From the NCBI GenBank assembly GCA_964019425.1, contig OZ025802.1:620001-684000 (forward strand): 64,000 bases of DNA. The letters are read 5' to 3'. Shown here one piece after another: positions 12,279-23,174 of this stretch (positions are counted from its first letter, which is position 1; each line of letters opens with the position of its first letter). Position numbers and translations under genes: made by a program. This DNA is from Flectonema sp. DT1601. Lineage: Eukaryota. The notes under the pieces are model-generated. The model was given only the letters and a program-made list of their open reading frames with translations. It had not been told where the DNA came from and searched no databases.

Positions 12279-13877
12279 TTACCTCATCGGAGGGACTGCT
12301 GGATCCTGTGAAAATATACAACTCAACCAGTTCTTCACATTATTACTACTATGACCGTGACCACCCATACAATGAGTCTTTATGAACTGGTGTGATAGAA
12401 GTTGAATTGAACTGGCTCGTTGTTCAGGATCAGGAAGTACTGACAATCTAATAAAGTCAACAACCTCAGCAGATCGATCCGTAAGCAGATCATTAGCAGT
12501 GAGAGAGTCACAGAAGCTTTTGCACAGTTCAATTTGTTCAATAAACCCTCCGCAGCTAATTGGAAACTTTCCCATAATTAATTCAGCAGTAATTATCCCA
12601 GCAGACCATACATCACTAGCAACAGTATAAGGTTGTCCAGTAAGTCTTTCAGGACTCATGTAAGCTTGTGTTCCTTGTCCAAATGATAGAGCTACACCAA
12701 TTGTTCCTGCGTATGTCGCTGCTCCGAAATCTGCTAATTTTACACATCCTTTTTCGTTAACAAGGATGTTGGCAGGTTTTATATCCCTGTGTAAGTATTT
12801 CTGTGACTTTAAGAAATCGAGTGCCTGTAGAAGCTGGTGTACAATACTGGCAGTTATCATCTCATCCAGTCTCTTGCAGTGGAGTATCCCAACGACTTTG
12901 TCAAGAGAGCCTTTACTCATAAACTCTTGAACAATCCAAAGTTCGAATTTCTCAGGAACGTGAAAGACATCATAAGTATCAACGATACACGAGTGTTTAG
13001 GTTTTGATGTAGACACCCACAGTATCTCTTGTTGTAATTCTTTAGTCATCTGATCAGTTTGTACTGAAATCCGTTTTATCGCAACTGTACAGCGACATCC
13101 ATTTACTGGTAGCTGTGCCTTGAAGACTTGACCAAACGCACCAGCACCAAGTGCTCTGGATTCTAAAGAGTAATCCTTCCAACTTCTACCTGCTATGCTG
13201 TCTTTTGATAAAGGTGGTGTTCCACTTCTGCCATCTACTCCAGGTAATTGAATTGGTGTTGATACATCTACAGGTGTAGACCCTTTCATTGGATTAGATT
13301 CACAGCAGCCGTTTATTTCTGTTGGTGATTCTGGTTTTGTGATCTTCGTTATGTCAAATTTCGCCACCTCAACTTCATCTCTGGAAGCAACCTTTTCAAC
13401 GGGTCGAAGGAGTTTGTCTGTAAACTTTAATTTATCAATTTTTAAAGGAGGTGGACCTTTTTTAATAAATTTCCCCTTGGCAGGGGATTGTTTTATTACA
13501 GTAACTGCTACAGGTCGAGGTGCTACAACAACAGGAGCAGTAGTCGATCCTAACGAATCGATAGGAGTGGAAGGAGGTGGTGGCAGCTTTGTAGACTCAA
13601 CTAAGATTTCTGATGGCAATCTTTGAACAGTCGTAGCCGTTGGTGTTCTCGGAGGTGCTTTAACCAGCGGTGACGACCATGTACCCGACCAGGTCTGTTT
13701 GATAGAAGGAGAGCTTCTTACTGAAGACGATGATGGTGAATTCAAGTCTTCTCCCTCATTATTCCCTATCTCTGATATACCTAACCACGCTGTCTCTCTT
13801 CGTAGGATAGATGTCTTTGTTGCCACTGATACAGCTTGTTCGTTCAGCTTACTTATTACATCTTTTATTGTATCCAT
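12279..13877 (-). CDS. STE7/MAP2K-like Ser/Thr kinase with Pro/Ser-rich N-terminal extension
   Basis: LGAGAFG, VAIK, HRDIKPANILVN, VKLADFG, GTQAYMSPERL, DVWSAG motifs. Confidence 0.85.
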   Translation of the reverse strand: MDTIKDVISKLNEQAVSVATKTSILRRETAWLGISEIGNNEGEDLNSPSSSSVRSSPSIKQTWSGTWSSPLVKAPPRTPTATTVQRLPSEILVESTKLPPPPSTPIDSLGSTTAPVVVAPRPVAVTVIKQSPAKGKFIKKGPPPLKIDKLKFTDKLLRPVEKVASRDEVEVAKFDITKITKPESPTEINGCCESNPMKGSTPVDVSTPIQLPGVDGRSGTPPLSKDSIAGRSWKDYSLESRALGAGAFGQVFKAQLPVNGCRCTVAIKRISVQTDQMTKELQQEILWVSTSKPKHSCIVDTYDVFHVPEKFELWIVQEFMSKGSLDKVVGILHCKRLDEMITASIVHQLLQALDFLKSQKYLHRDIKPANILVNEKGCVKLADFGAATYAGTIGVALSFGQGTQAYMSPERLTGQPYTVASDVWSAGIITAELIMGKFPISCGGFIEQIELCKSFCDSLTANDLLTDRSAEVVDFIRLSVLPDPEQRASSIQLLSHQFIKTHCMGGHGHSSNNVKNWLSCIFSQDPAVPPMR

Positions 13878-14193
13878 TTACTTCTTGTTCTTTAAAGAGA
13901 AATGCTTAACATTTTAATATAAATTGTTGTTGTTGTGTGTCAAAATAACGAAATAGCTTTTTTTCCCACGGAACGTACCTTCAGTGTAAACAGCAGGTAA
14001 CACTCCAGTGTTCAATGTGGTGTAAAAAAAGAAAAGCATTTTTTACAGTAAATTCAAATACAAAGGTGACCCACGACACCGTGTAGGTGTGTACAAAACA
14101 CAACTAGTGGGAACTGGAGAGAAAAGCTTGTCAAAGCCTAAGAAAAACTACTAAAACCGGAGAGAAAGAACGTAAGTAATAATTGAATACTGT

Positions 14194-16572
14194 TTACCCA
14201 ATAAGAACAGGTAAAGCAGGAGACTGCTCAGGGTTTAGAAGCTGCTGAAGATTTGATTGCCGTTCCGAAGTATCGTTGCGACGAATCCACTTCAAGATTG
14301 GATTATTTGATTTCTTTGAAACCCTCCGTGATATCGACGGCATACTATAATGATTAACACGATATCCAATAGTTACTCTTGAACTACTATTAATAAACAC
14401 AGAACTATCAGAAACAAAACGACCACAAGACTTCTTCCGACTCTTACAAGCAGCCTTACTCGGGTATGGAACTGGCTGTGATGGCAACGCAGGAGGTTCA
14501 AACGGCAACAAGCTGCTGCTACCTGTCAACGTAACAGTTTTCGCACTACCAGTCAAACCAAACTTTAAACTATTTTTCTTCTCGCGGTGGATCGATTGTC
14601 TCCTCACTTCTTTTAATCCCGACAGATTTCTAATCTTAGTTAACATATTTCTCTGCTTCAAAACATTGACTGCCTCCGCCTCAGTAACTCTGTTTATATA
14701 TCGACGAAGGTCTCGTCTGAATGTTTCCAGCCAAAGACAAAATTCTTCTTGAGCACGTGATGGAGAATCCAGAAAAGTTTTTTTGATGTAATTAGCTTTT
14801 ATATTTATCACTAATACAGAGTTTCTTCGGTCCAGTTGAGGTATGTATGAGGGGATTAAACTATTTGATGGTTGTTGAAGTGGTGAAGGTGATTGTGTTT
14901 TGGTTGTAATAGTTTCTCGTTGAACACCAGAAGCGGATTCAAATGCCACAGAGGGAAGTACCTGACGTTTAGATTTTGGTGATGTAGCAGTTTGTCGTTG
15001 TTGTTGTTGTTGTTGTTGGTGGTGTTGTCGTTGTTGTCGATTTGCTTGTTCGACGTCAAACTGCTTTACTCTTACAAGTGCCTTTCTATATTTCGTATTT
15101 CGAACTATCCTTTTATGCACCAGGTTAGATCTCTCAGTCACCAGCTTTTTAAATTCAGAAACAACTTTCTGACAACTTTCCGCAATCGGAATATCAAGTT
15201 CCCTCACCAACTTCGAAACATCTTCAACCTGATCTAAGAATGCCGTACGTGGGTTGCTCTGCTCTACTTGAGTAGTTTCGTCTACAATCCCTTTGATCTT
15301 TTGCGTCAAGTTCGCTTCCGTCTCAGATATTTGTTCAGGGCTACAAACCTCCGCTGGAATATCAAGTAGAGCGCATGTCTTTTTAATAAAAGAGACGTGA
15401 GCTTCACTGTTAGTTCGACTGCTGTGTGGAGTATGAATACTTCCCCTTGATGTGATAAGTTTTTCTCGTGATGGTTTCTTATTTGATGTTGTTGGTTTGC
15501 CAACAGTGGTGGAGTCTTCAACCGTCGGGAGGAAAACTTTGAGATCGACACTCATAGTCTCTGCCACTCTAGAAGAAAGCTGTGAAAAGTGATTCTCTAC
15601 GATCGATTTAATACTTAGACAAAGACTTCTAAACTCATAAACAAATTGAAGTACAATATCTCGAAGTACTGTGATAGGACATGCTTGTCGGGATGACACG
15701 ACCCGCCATTTACTCGGAGACGGATTCGAACTGGGGGAAGCCAAGGCAGGAGCCTCCCGTCGCTTTGGGATATTTTCCTCAGAAGGCGAATCGCAGGGTT
15801 TTTCTGTCATGTTTTCTTTTATTTCATAGGAAAGATTGTTTCGTTTATTATTCGCAGCGAATTTTCTACTCAAAACAGACCTAACTTGTAGTTTTGAAAC
15901 AGTCTCTCGAAGCTGCTGTTGTGACAGTGTCAGTCTCTCAATTTCATCTTTTTGACTACCACTCTGAGACACTAATTCTGACACCTTACTAGTGAGTAAA
16001 GTAACCTGATTGTTATTTTTATAAGTTATCCAATTAACAAGAATGTCTTTGTGTTTTACTAATGTCATCCAATGGTTCTTTGACTCCAACGCTGAAGCAA
16101 TATAATCCTGAGCTGCGGTGACAATGTCGTTGGTAAAATCAGAAGAGCATTTCAGTGAATTTAAACTTCTCAGAATGTCTTGTGGGTCTGATGAACTCTT
16201 CCAATAACTGTGAAATGAAGCACGAGCCGATATCAAGTTTTGTTTGACAATCGAATCGATATCTGTGATATCTAACTGACTACTGACTGCATCTTCAATT
16301 GATAATAACTCAGCAGGTAGTAAGTTAGATACATGAGAATAATTAAACTCGTCTAAGTACTTATATTCTTGAACAGATTTACTGACATCCCTACTCCTGT
16401 TTTGCGTAATTAGTAGTTTCTTAATCCCAGCTGCCGCCACCATAGTTTTTAAGGTTGGTCGCACTACCTCTACAGTTGAAGTGTCAAAAGCGACATCCGC
16501 ATCGTCGCTATCTGAACTAACGTTGCTAATCGAGCTGTCGCTAGCGGTGACGAAATCAACTTGTTCAGACAT
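14194..16572 (-). CDS. Hypothetical 792-aa protein with coiled-coil segments and polyQ
   Basis: Long stop-free ATG-started ORF co-oriented with neighbours; no motif recognised. Confidence 0.75.
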   Translation of the reverse strand: MSEQVDFVTASDSSISNVSSDSDDADVAFDTSTVEVVRPTLKTMVAAAGIKKLLITQNRSRDVSKSVQEYKYLDEFNYSHVSNLLPAELLSIEDAVSSQLDITDIDSIVKQNLISARASFHSYWKSSSDPQDILRSLNSLKCSSDFTNDIVTAAQDYIASALESKNHWMTLVKHKDILVNWITYKNNNQVTLLTSKVSELVSQSGSQKDEIERLTLSQQQLRETVSKLQVRSVLSRKFAANNKRNNLSYEIKENMTEKPCDSPSEENIPKRREAPALASPSSNPSPSKWRVVSSRQACPITVLRDIVLQFVYEFRSLCLSIKSIVENHFSQLSSRVAETMSVDLKVFLPTVEDSTTVGKPTTSNKKPSREKLITSRGSIHTPHSSRTNSEAHVSFIKKTCALLDIPAEVCSPEQISETEANLTQKIKGIVDETTQVEQSNPRTAFLDQVEDVSKLVRELDIPIAESCQKVVSEFKKLVTERSNLVHKRIVRNTKYRKALVRVKQFDVEQANRQQRQHHQQQQQQQRQTATSPKSKRQVLPSVAFESASGVQRETITTKTQSPSPLQQPSNSLIPSYIPQLDRRNSVLVINIKANYIKKTFLDSPSRAQEEFCLWLETFRRDLRRYINRVTEAEAVNVLKQRNMLTKIRNLSGLKEVRRQSIHREKKNSLKFGLTGSAKTVTLTGSSSLLPFEPPALPSQPVPYPSKAACKSRKKSCGRFVSDSSVFINSSSRVTIGYRVNHYSMPSISRRVSKKSNNPILKWIRRNDTSERQSNLQQLLNPEQSPALPVLIG

Positions 16573-16757
16573 ATCATAGTATTATATTTTGTTGTTTTTT
16601 TTTTGTTTTTTTTTTCCCTGTTGACTTGTTGTGAAAAAAAATATATAAAAAGATATTAACAACAACAGAGAAACAAGAAAGTAATTCCATTGGGTTCGCT
16701 CGGTGCAACTTTAAAAAAAAAAAAAAAAAAAAAGGTCAAGAATATTTTAATAACGTG

Positions 16758-18890
16758 CTACACATAAGCAATGAGATCTTCGTCAACGTCATCAGTCACG
16801 CTAAACCATCTCAGCGCTGGTTGTTCAGACAGTTGAGGAGGACCTGCGTAAGTGTTTGAAGTTGCATTTCGAACAACAGTGAAACCGTCGGATTCACTCT
16901 CTGTGGTATAGGAATAACACAATCCAGTGATGGCTTCATCTGACGTATCTTTTGACTTTGATTCTCTTAATTCATCATTGGAATATTTAGTACTGTTACA
17001 GCTTGTCTCATATTGAGGTAGTTCACGACTTTGAGAATTACTCGAACTTTGTGTGTTAGTTGTTGTCGGGTAATTATAAGCACAGCTCTCTGTCTCATAA
17101 CAATATTTTAAATTACAGCTCGTAGCCGTACTTTGTTCGTCAGAGTCAGGGATGTCATTATCTTGTCGATATTCATGTAATGAAGACAAAAGCTCATAAA
17201 CACCAGGTCTGCTCTCTTCAGATAAGAAGCATTTCGATACCAACTTCCATTGTTCTGGAGGACAGTGACATGGTCTTTGTAACACCCCTCCTTGTAAGAT
17301 ATAATTTCTAATATCAGATGAAGTAGTTAATCCTTCATTGGGAGAGTAGTATGGCAACCTACACTGAGACAATAATTCATACATTAAAACCCCAAAACTC
17401 CAAACATCAAGAGAAGGTTGAGCTAGGCGACAATAGTTAGGAAGCCGAAGTAGTTCCGGAGGAGACCAAAGAATAGCGATGTTTGGGAGAATCGATCCTC
17501 TAGTCGTGGAGTTTCCAAATCCAGAAAGCTTCAACCCAGTCTCAGTGACTACAACATTTCTAGCAGCAATATCACCATGAACTTTTTCATTAACATGAAG
17601 GTATAATAACGCACCTCCAATCTGTCTCATGACCGTCATCAAGTCAGGATGTGGATTAGAATTAGATTGCGGTGTTGATAATATTTCATAAAGAGTTTTT
17701 GAATACAATTCAGTAACCAATCCAACAGTTGAATTATCAAACTTCACGACACCTAAAAAGTTTAATATAAACCGACATCTACAGGAATCTAGTTGATGTA
17801 TTTCACGACATAAATCTGAATATTCAAAAAAGTCGCTGTTAAAACAGCGATGGGATGCGACTCTTCTAATTTTAATTGTTACGTCTTCGCGTATCGCACG
17901 AAATCGAACTTTAAAAGTGTTTTCTGTGAACGATCCTTGTATTCGATCCCACTTGCCTACGAGAGTTTTTTCAGGGAAATGAGTGATACCACTTATGTTA
18001 ACAGTTTGATACTGCTGTAGAATAGAAGCGGCTTTACGAACTTGATCAGCAGTACAGTGAGACAATGGAGAATGCTCAAAGAAAGCAGCTCTCGAGATTA
18101 CAGACTCGTACGGAGTTGCTCCAATGTTATTCCTCTCACTCGGATCGCAACCTTTTTCAATAAAATATTCTAATACCTCCCTCGGCATTCCATATTCCCC
18201 TGCCGTTACAAGTGGAGTAGTGTTGTGAGGAGTTCTTTCTTCACTGATGCCAGGATGATAATCTTCAAATTTTTGTAAAATGTGAAGAATGTCTTTACTA
18301 CAATTAGGAGACACCAACATCAACATCACGTGAATTAATCCTCGTCCGTATATCCCGACGGTCGATAATTTTGGTTTTGTTCCTGTGAGATCACAACATT
18401 CAAAGAAACAATCAACGAAATCCACAACAGGAATGTGATTCTTTTGAGAGAAAGCATGAAAAACAACTGGATGTTTAACAACGCCTAGCTCATTAAGGTC
18501 AACACCGTGTGAAGAAAGGCGTTTTAAAAGTGTGCAGACCATGGAACAATTCTCAAGCTCAATACGTAAACCAATGTGATGAACAGAAATTTTCGAAATG
18601 TCGTATCCAGGAGTCGATAACAGGTAGTCTAGTATTTTTAGAAATTCTTCATTTTCAACATCTTTTTCAGATTTTTTCATATAATCACGACTCTCTATTA
18701 GTTTATCACAGGTCAAATGAATTGAGTGTAATTCACAATAAATTCCATCTGTCGCTGATATCTTAAGAGGGATCAGCTTTTTAATCTCATCCAAGTCCCT
18801 GTTATAAATCGCAATACTGACATCATTCGGTTTGAATATGTTTTTGTTTAATTGAATATTATTGTCGTCACTCTCAGTCGAACTTGACAT
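16758..18890 (-). CDS. Ankyrin-like repeats + tyrosine-kinase-like domain (probable pseudokinase), 710 aa
   Basis: Start at MSSSTESDD; the upstream F/L-rich translation is a pyrimidine tract. ANK-like TTPLVTAGEYG..LEYFIEKGCDPSERNNIGATPYE. Kinase motifs VTIK, VHGDIAARNVVV, LKLSGFG, AILWSPPE, DVWSFGVLMYE. Confidence 0.8.
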   Translation of the reverse strand: MSSSTESDDNNIQLNKNIFKPNDVSIAIYNRDLDEIKKLIPLKISATDGIYCELHSIHLTCDKLIESRDYMKKSEKDVENEEFLKILDYLLSTPGYDISKISVHHIGLRIELENCSMVCTLLKRLSSHGVDLNELGVVKHPVVFHAFSQKNHIPVVDFVDCFFECCDLTGTKPKLSTVGIYGRGLIHVMLMLVSPNCSKDILHILQKFEDYHPGISEERTPHNTTPLVTAGEYGMPREVLEYFIEKGCDPSERNNIGATPYESVISRAAFFEHSPLSHCTADQVRKAASILQQYQTVNISGITHFPEKTLVGKWDRIQGSFTENTFKVRFRAIREDVTIKIRRVASHRCFNSDFFEYSDLCREIHQLDSCRCRFILNFLGVVKFDNSTVGLVTELYSKTLYEILSTPQSNSNPHPDLMTVMRQIGGALLYLHVNEKVHGDIAARNVVVTETGLKLSGFGNSTTRGSILPNIAILWSPPELLRLPNYCRLAQPSLDVWSFGVLMYELLSQCRLPYYSPNEGLTTSSDIRNYILQGGVLQRPCHCPPEQWKLVSKCFLSEESRPGVYELLSSLHEYRQDNDIPDSDEQSTATSCNLKYCYETESCAYNYPTTTNTQSSSNSQSRELPQYETSCNSTKYSNDELRESKSKDTSDEAITGLCYSYTTESESDGFTVVRNATSNTYAGPPQLSEQPALRWFSVTDDVDEDLIAYV

Positions 18891-19340
18891 TGGTTCGATC
18901 TTCACTGTATAACTGAAATAAATAAAATAACACAACAAGAACAAACATAATTGTGGTGGAAAGATCGTAGGATAATCCTTCATAAATGTGGGGGGGTAAG
19001 TGGAAAAAAAAAATAAAAATAAAAATAAAAGAAAATAACAACATAAAAACATGAGATCACACACACACGCATGATAAACAAATTGACTTTTTGATACCAA
19101 AAGGGAGAACATGACATGGACTCATAGCCGGACCATTAAAATAGGTTTTTTATTTTTTTTTCTATAGTCAGTGATATCCGACATTAAGCGAAAGAACGAC
19201 TAAAAAGGGTTGTGTGTTGAAGCTTATCGGTGCCCCAACACCTCAAGACTATCAAATGAGAAAGAAGAAATAATAAAAAAAATTAAAAAAAAAGACAACA
19301 GGCATAAACAAAATTGCAATATAGAATAATTCAGCTACCC

Positions 19341-19373
<33 letters not shown>

Positions 19374-20341
19374 CTTTGTTAGACAAGCCATCAATTTATT
19401 TGACAAATCCCACCAATCAAAAAAAAAGCATAAATTTTCGTGTCTATCAAAAAAAAAAAAAAAACTCCAAAAGTAACTAAGACAGCACAATATGCGAGAA
19501 TATTCGAAAGTCACATAAAAAAAAAAAGAATGCCGAATACGAGTTGTCTGTGTAAGCTCAGAGCATGCATCTGGACATGCATCGATTTAGTTAGAACAAA
19601 AAAAAATGTAAGTTATAGAAAATTCAAATTTCATAACATAACATAACAAAAAATACCTTCTGATTTCAGTACTTGAAACACGTACATCGAGTGAACGTGT
19701 TTTTGAACAAACTTTTTTGTCCAAAAAAAAAAAAAAAAAAAAAACAACACATACTTTGCTAATAAAGAAAGTTATCGTCCTTGAAGAAGCAAACACAGAA
19801 ATCTCTACACACACAAACACGACTCACTCGAATTTATGAACACTGAAAAGTGGCAACCGCATCTTAAGAAGTATCAAAAAAAAAAGGTTAGTCTAAAAAA
19901 AAAAACAGTACCACCTATCACAACGAAACTAAAATACGAGTCATATATAGAGTGAGGTGCTGCTCACTTCACAACATAATAATAAATAGGGTGGGAGGTA
20001 TTTCTCTTTATTGAATTTTCTTTACTAAAGCAAGTGTATGTCGTATAACAGCCAGTCTGCATAATGCCACGCAATGTGCCAGCTGATTACACAAATTACA
20101 ATATAAAAAAAAAAGGATAACTGACGGTAATCGCAGCTCTCCAAAAAGGAAAAAAACTAAAAAAAAAAAAAAGGGTTTTGAATAGAAAATCTGGAGAAGT
20201 TTCTTTACTCTTTTTTTTTTTTTTTAATAAAAATTCGAAGGTTTTCAGTAATTGAAAGGAATAAAAAAACAATGAACAAAAAAATAAATATTTAAAAAAA
20301 AAAATTTGTGTGAAATTTTTTTCTTTGTAAATTTTTTAAAA

Positions 20342-20926
20342 TCACCTCTTTATGGCTTGAGGTGGTTGATAACAACCTGCTGAGTTATCATATTTCCATC
20401 CTTCAGCTTTGAGTAACGGACTTTCAATCTCACATGTCACAGATTCATTGAATAATCCAGTTGTATGTGTTGTGAATCCACCATTGCGTTTGTCCAGGAC
20501 GACATCATACCAAGGCTGGTTGATAAGCGGGTGATCTGTTGATCCAAAAGCCCTCGAAATCCAACCTTTTGGCATATTACATGAAGGGTAAACATTAAGA
20601 ACAACTCCTATATCATCAATCAATTTATGTCTTATTATGTCTCCTCTTTTAAATGTTACAAGAGGTTCTGATACGCTTCTGTTTATTAATCCCATCCAAC
20701 GAGAAGCTTCAAATCCAACGCTGACATGACATCCTTTTCTAGCCATTACCCTAACCAAATCTAGTGCAATCACATTATCTGTTTGGACGACAGCTTGCAA
20801 TTCTGAAGACATTTGACTTGTGAGTGCCGAAGATGATAATATGAATCCTGCTATGTTAGTTTTATCTAATTCTTTCGCTTGTCTTACTAAGGATTTGTAT
20901 AGAGTACGGCGTATAACTGAGGACAT
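20342..20926 (-). CDS. YccV/HspQ-like domain protein, possibly mitochondrial
   Basis: FKRGDIIRHKLIDDIGVV...NQPWYDVVLD matches the YccV-like pattern; Arg-rich N-terminus MSSVIRRTLYKSLVRQAK. Confidence 0.7.
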   Translation of the reverse strand: MSSVIRRTLYKSLVRQAKELDKTNIAGFILSSSALTSQMSSELQAVVQTDNVIALDLVRVMARKGCHVSVGFEASRWMGLINRSVSEPLVTFKRGDIIRHKLIDDIGVVLNVYPSCNMPKGWISRAFGSTDHPLINQPWYDVVLDKRNGGFTTHTTGLFNESVTCEIESPLLKAEGWKYDNSAGCYQPPQAIKR

Positions 20927-21084
20927 GTCTTGGAAATTTTTTAGTTCTTTTTTAAAAAACTGTTGTTGGGAAAAATAAATATAACTACAGCTACAGTTTA
21001 TGTCGATATACAATTAAGCTCAATGCGATCGCAGAGCAGTCAAGTTAGGATGAGAGAGAGAGAGAGTAAATAAACAAAATAGGG

Positions 21085-21537
21085 TTAGTACCTGCCGACT
21101 CCACAGAGAACCACGAGAGTGCTTTCTTTTGTGATGTGGCAATCAGCGAGTGTTTGTTTTTTGTTTTTTAAAAATTTTCCAGAAAATATTAGTTTTTGTT
21201 GATTACAAGGAATTCCTTCGATGTCCTCAATATCATTTTGTATATTTTCAACTGAGTCTTCCAATTCCACCCCCAGAGTGATCGTCTTCCCATCCAGAGT
21301 CTTTACGTATATTAATATCTCACCTCTTACTAGTTGGATAGTATCCTGATCGATAATTCCGTAGTCAGAAAGAGTTTTCTCATCTTCCAACTGTTCTCTA
21401 CCAAATATTAGATTCTGTTGATCAGAAAGAATCTCTTCTTTGGATTCTATTCGGAATTTTATATAATTAATTGTATTATTTGGTTCTACTTCAAGTTCAA
21501 TAGTCATCCCTGTCAGAGTTTTAACATTTATCTTCAT
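21085..21537 (-). CDS. Tandem di-ubiquitin-like protein lacking terminal diglycine
   Basis: Two ubiquitin-fold repeats ([73 protein letters not shown]); ends VVLCGVGRY. Confidence 0.85.
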   Translation of the reverse strand: MKINVKTLTGMTIELEVEPNNTINYIKFRIESKEEILSDQQNLIFGREQLEDEKTLSDYGIIDQDTIQLVRGEILIYVKTLDGKTITLGVELEDSVENIQNDIEDIEGIPCNQQKLIFSGKFLKNKKQTLADCHITKESTLVVLCGVGRY

Positions 21538-21885
21538 GTGTGTTCATCCTGTTGTGTGACAAAAAATTAATTGAGCTATTCTGGGAAGGCGTTCAGAAAC
21601 AGTCACATTGTCAATTTAAAAAAAAAAAAAAGAAAAAAAAGAAAAATACAAGGACGAGGGAAGGGGGGTATCTATGAGGGAAAAAATCTTTTTGAACAAA
21701 AAAAAAAAAAAAGGGAGAGTAGGTAATCTAAAAGTAAAGTCTAAAAATTCGATCTTTTTTTTATGTTTCATTGTCTAACAACAACAATTTATCATCTATG
21801 TAATTAATACAGCAAGGGGAGTGAGGATTAAGAAATCTACCTTCACACGAGAGTACCCAACAAATCAAGAAAAAAAAAAGAAAAC

Positions 21886-23034
21886 TCAAAACATTATGCT
21901 GTTGTTATCCAAAGAAAACGCAGCCAATGGTTTTCGTACTTCGGTCATCCGATTTTTAACGAATGATGAAAATGGTGAGTCGGGTGCTCGTTGATCAGAT
22001 GCCTGTTTAAGTGAAGTGGTTTCATTCTTTTTATTAGCATGTCGAATTGACAAACCGAGTCCCGAAGACTTAACACGACGAGGAGGAGGAATGCTAAGAG
22101 TAAACAAAGTACTGTTACTACTAACACAATCACGACCTCCATGAACATATGCAGTGCTTCCAATACAAAAACCTGCAGCCATTGTCCTTTCTGGAGAGTC
22201 TTGTTGAGGTAGTTTAATCCATTCTTTCTCAGTCTTTGACAAGTCAATAGCGTAGGCGTCGTTATTTACAACATATCCACTCTCTGCTGATGGTTGTACA
22301 GATGATCCTCCGTAAACAATAAGACGATTGTCTTGAACTATACAAGTGTGTCCAACTCTAGAGGAAGGTTTGAGTCCCATTTTAACATTTGTCTTACTCC
22401 ATGTCAGGGAAACTAGATCTAGTTCGTGGAGGTCATTAAAATGTTTACCTGAAGCGTCACGGCCTCCAAATATGATCATTTTGTGACCTGATAAAACTGC
22501 TGTGTGTCTGCGTCTAGGTGGCGGTACATCACCTGAGCATTCACATTGTTTCCAACCTTTAGTGGAAGGTGACCAAAGCCAAGTGTCGTTTAGGGCTCCA
22601 TTGCTGCACATGCCTCCAAACATGAATAGTTCTCCAGATACCTGGACTCGGATTGCAGTGTGTCCCCATCTGGGGCATGGACGAGTTCCTTCTGAAGAAG
22701 TTTTTGGAACAGACCATGTAGTGTGAGATAGGTTTTTTAGACTCAAGAAACAGAGCTGATTAGTAAGTGTTCCTCCGTTCATCATTCCTCCGAATACCGC
22801 TAATCCGATGTCTTCACCCCTTCCTACTATTGTTGCTGTGTGTGCGAATACTCCATGCGGTTGTGGTCCTCTTGCTTCGGCTCTTTTCCATCTCAAGTCT
22901 GAATTATTTAATATAAAAACCTCATTACTGCTGTGTTCTTTTCTATCTGCTCCAGGAACAAGTCCACCGAATAATATTTGCCTGTCATGAATTGACGTAA
23001 TGCTGTGACCACTTCTATTTCCAGGATTGTCCAT
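21886..23034 (-). CDS. Kelch-repeat beta-propeller protein
   Basis: About six R-x-x-H-T...(F/Y/H)GG...W kelch units. Confidence 0.9.
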   Translation of the reverse strand: MDNPGNRSGHSITSIHDRQILFGGLVPGADRKEHSSNEVFILNNSDLRWKRAEARGPQPHGVFAHTATIVGRGEDIGLAVFGGMMNGGTLTNQLCFLSLKNLSHTTWSVPKTSSEGTRPCPRWGHTAIRVQVSGELFMFGGMCSNGALNDTWLWSPSTKGWKQCECSGDVPPPRRRHTAVLSGHKMIIFGGRDASGKHFNDLHELDLVSLTWSKTNVKMGLKPSSRVGHTCIVQDNRLIVYGGSSVQPSAESGYVVNNDAYAIDLSKTEKEWIKLPQQDSPERTMAAGFCIGSTAYVHGGRDCVSSNSTLFTLSIPPPRRVKSSGLGLSIRHANKKNETTSLKQASDQRAPDSPFSSFVKNRMTEVRKPLAAFSLDNNSIMF

Positions 23035-23174
23035 ATTGGTGATGATGTCTTTTAGTAAAAATAAATAGTAATTAAAAATATATGAGAATTTCTTTTATTA
23101 TTAATGATAAATAAGTTTCAGTTGTTAATTTTTTTTTTTGACATTTTCCATATGTAAATATAGATAAATCATTG

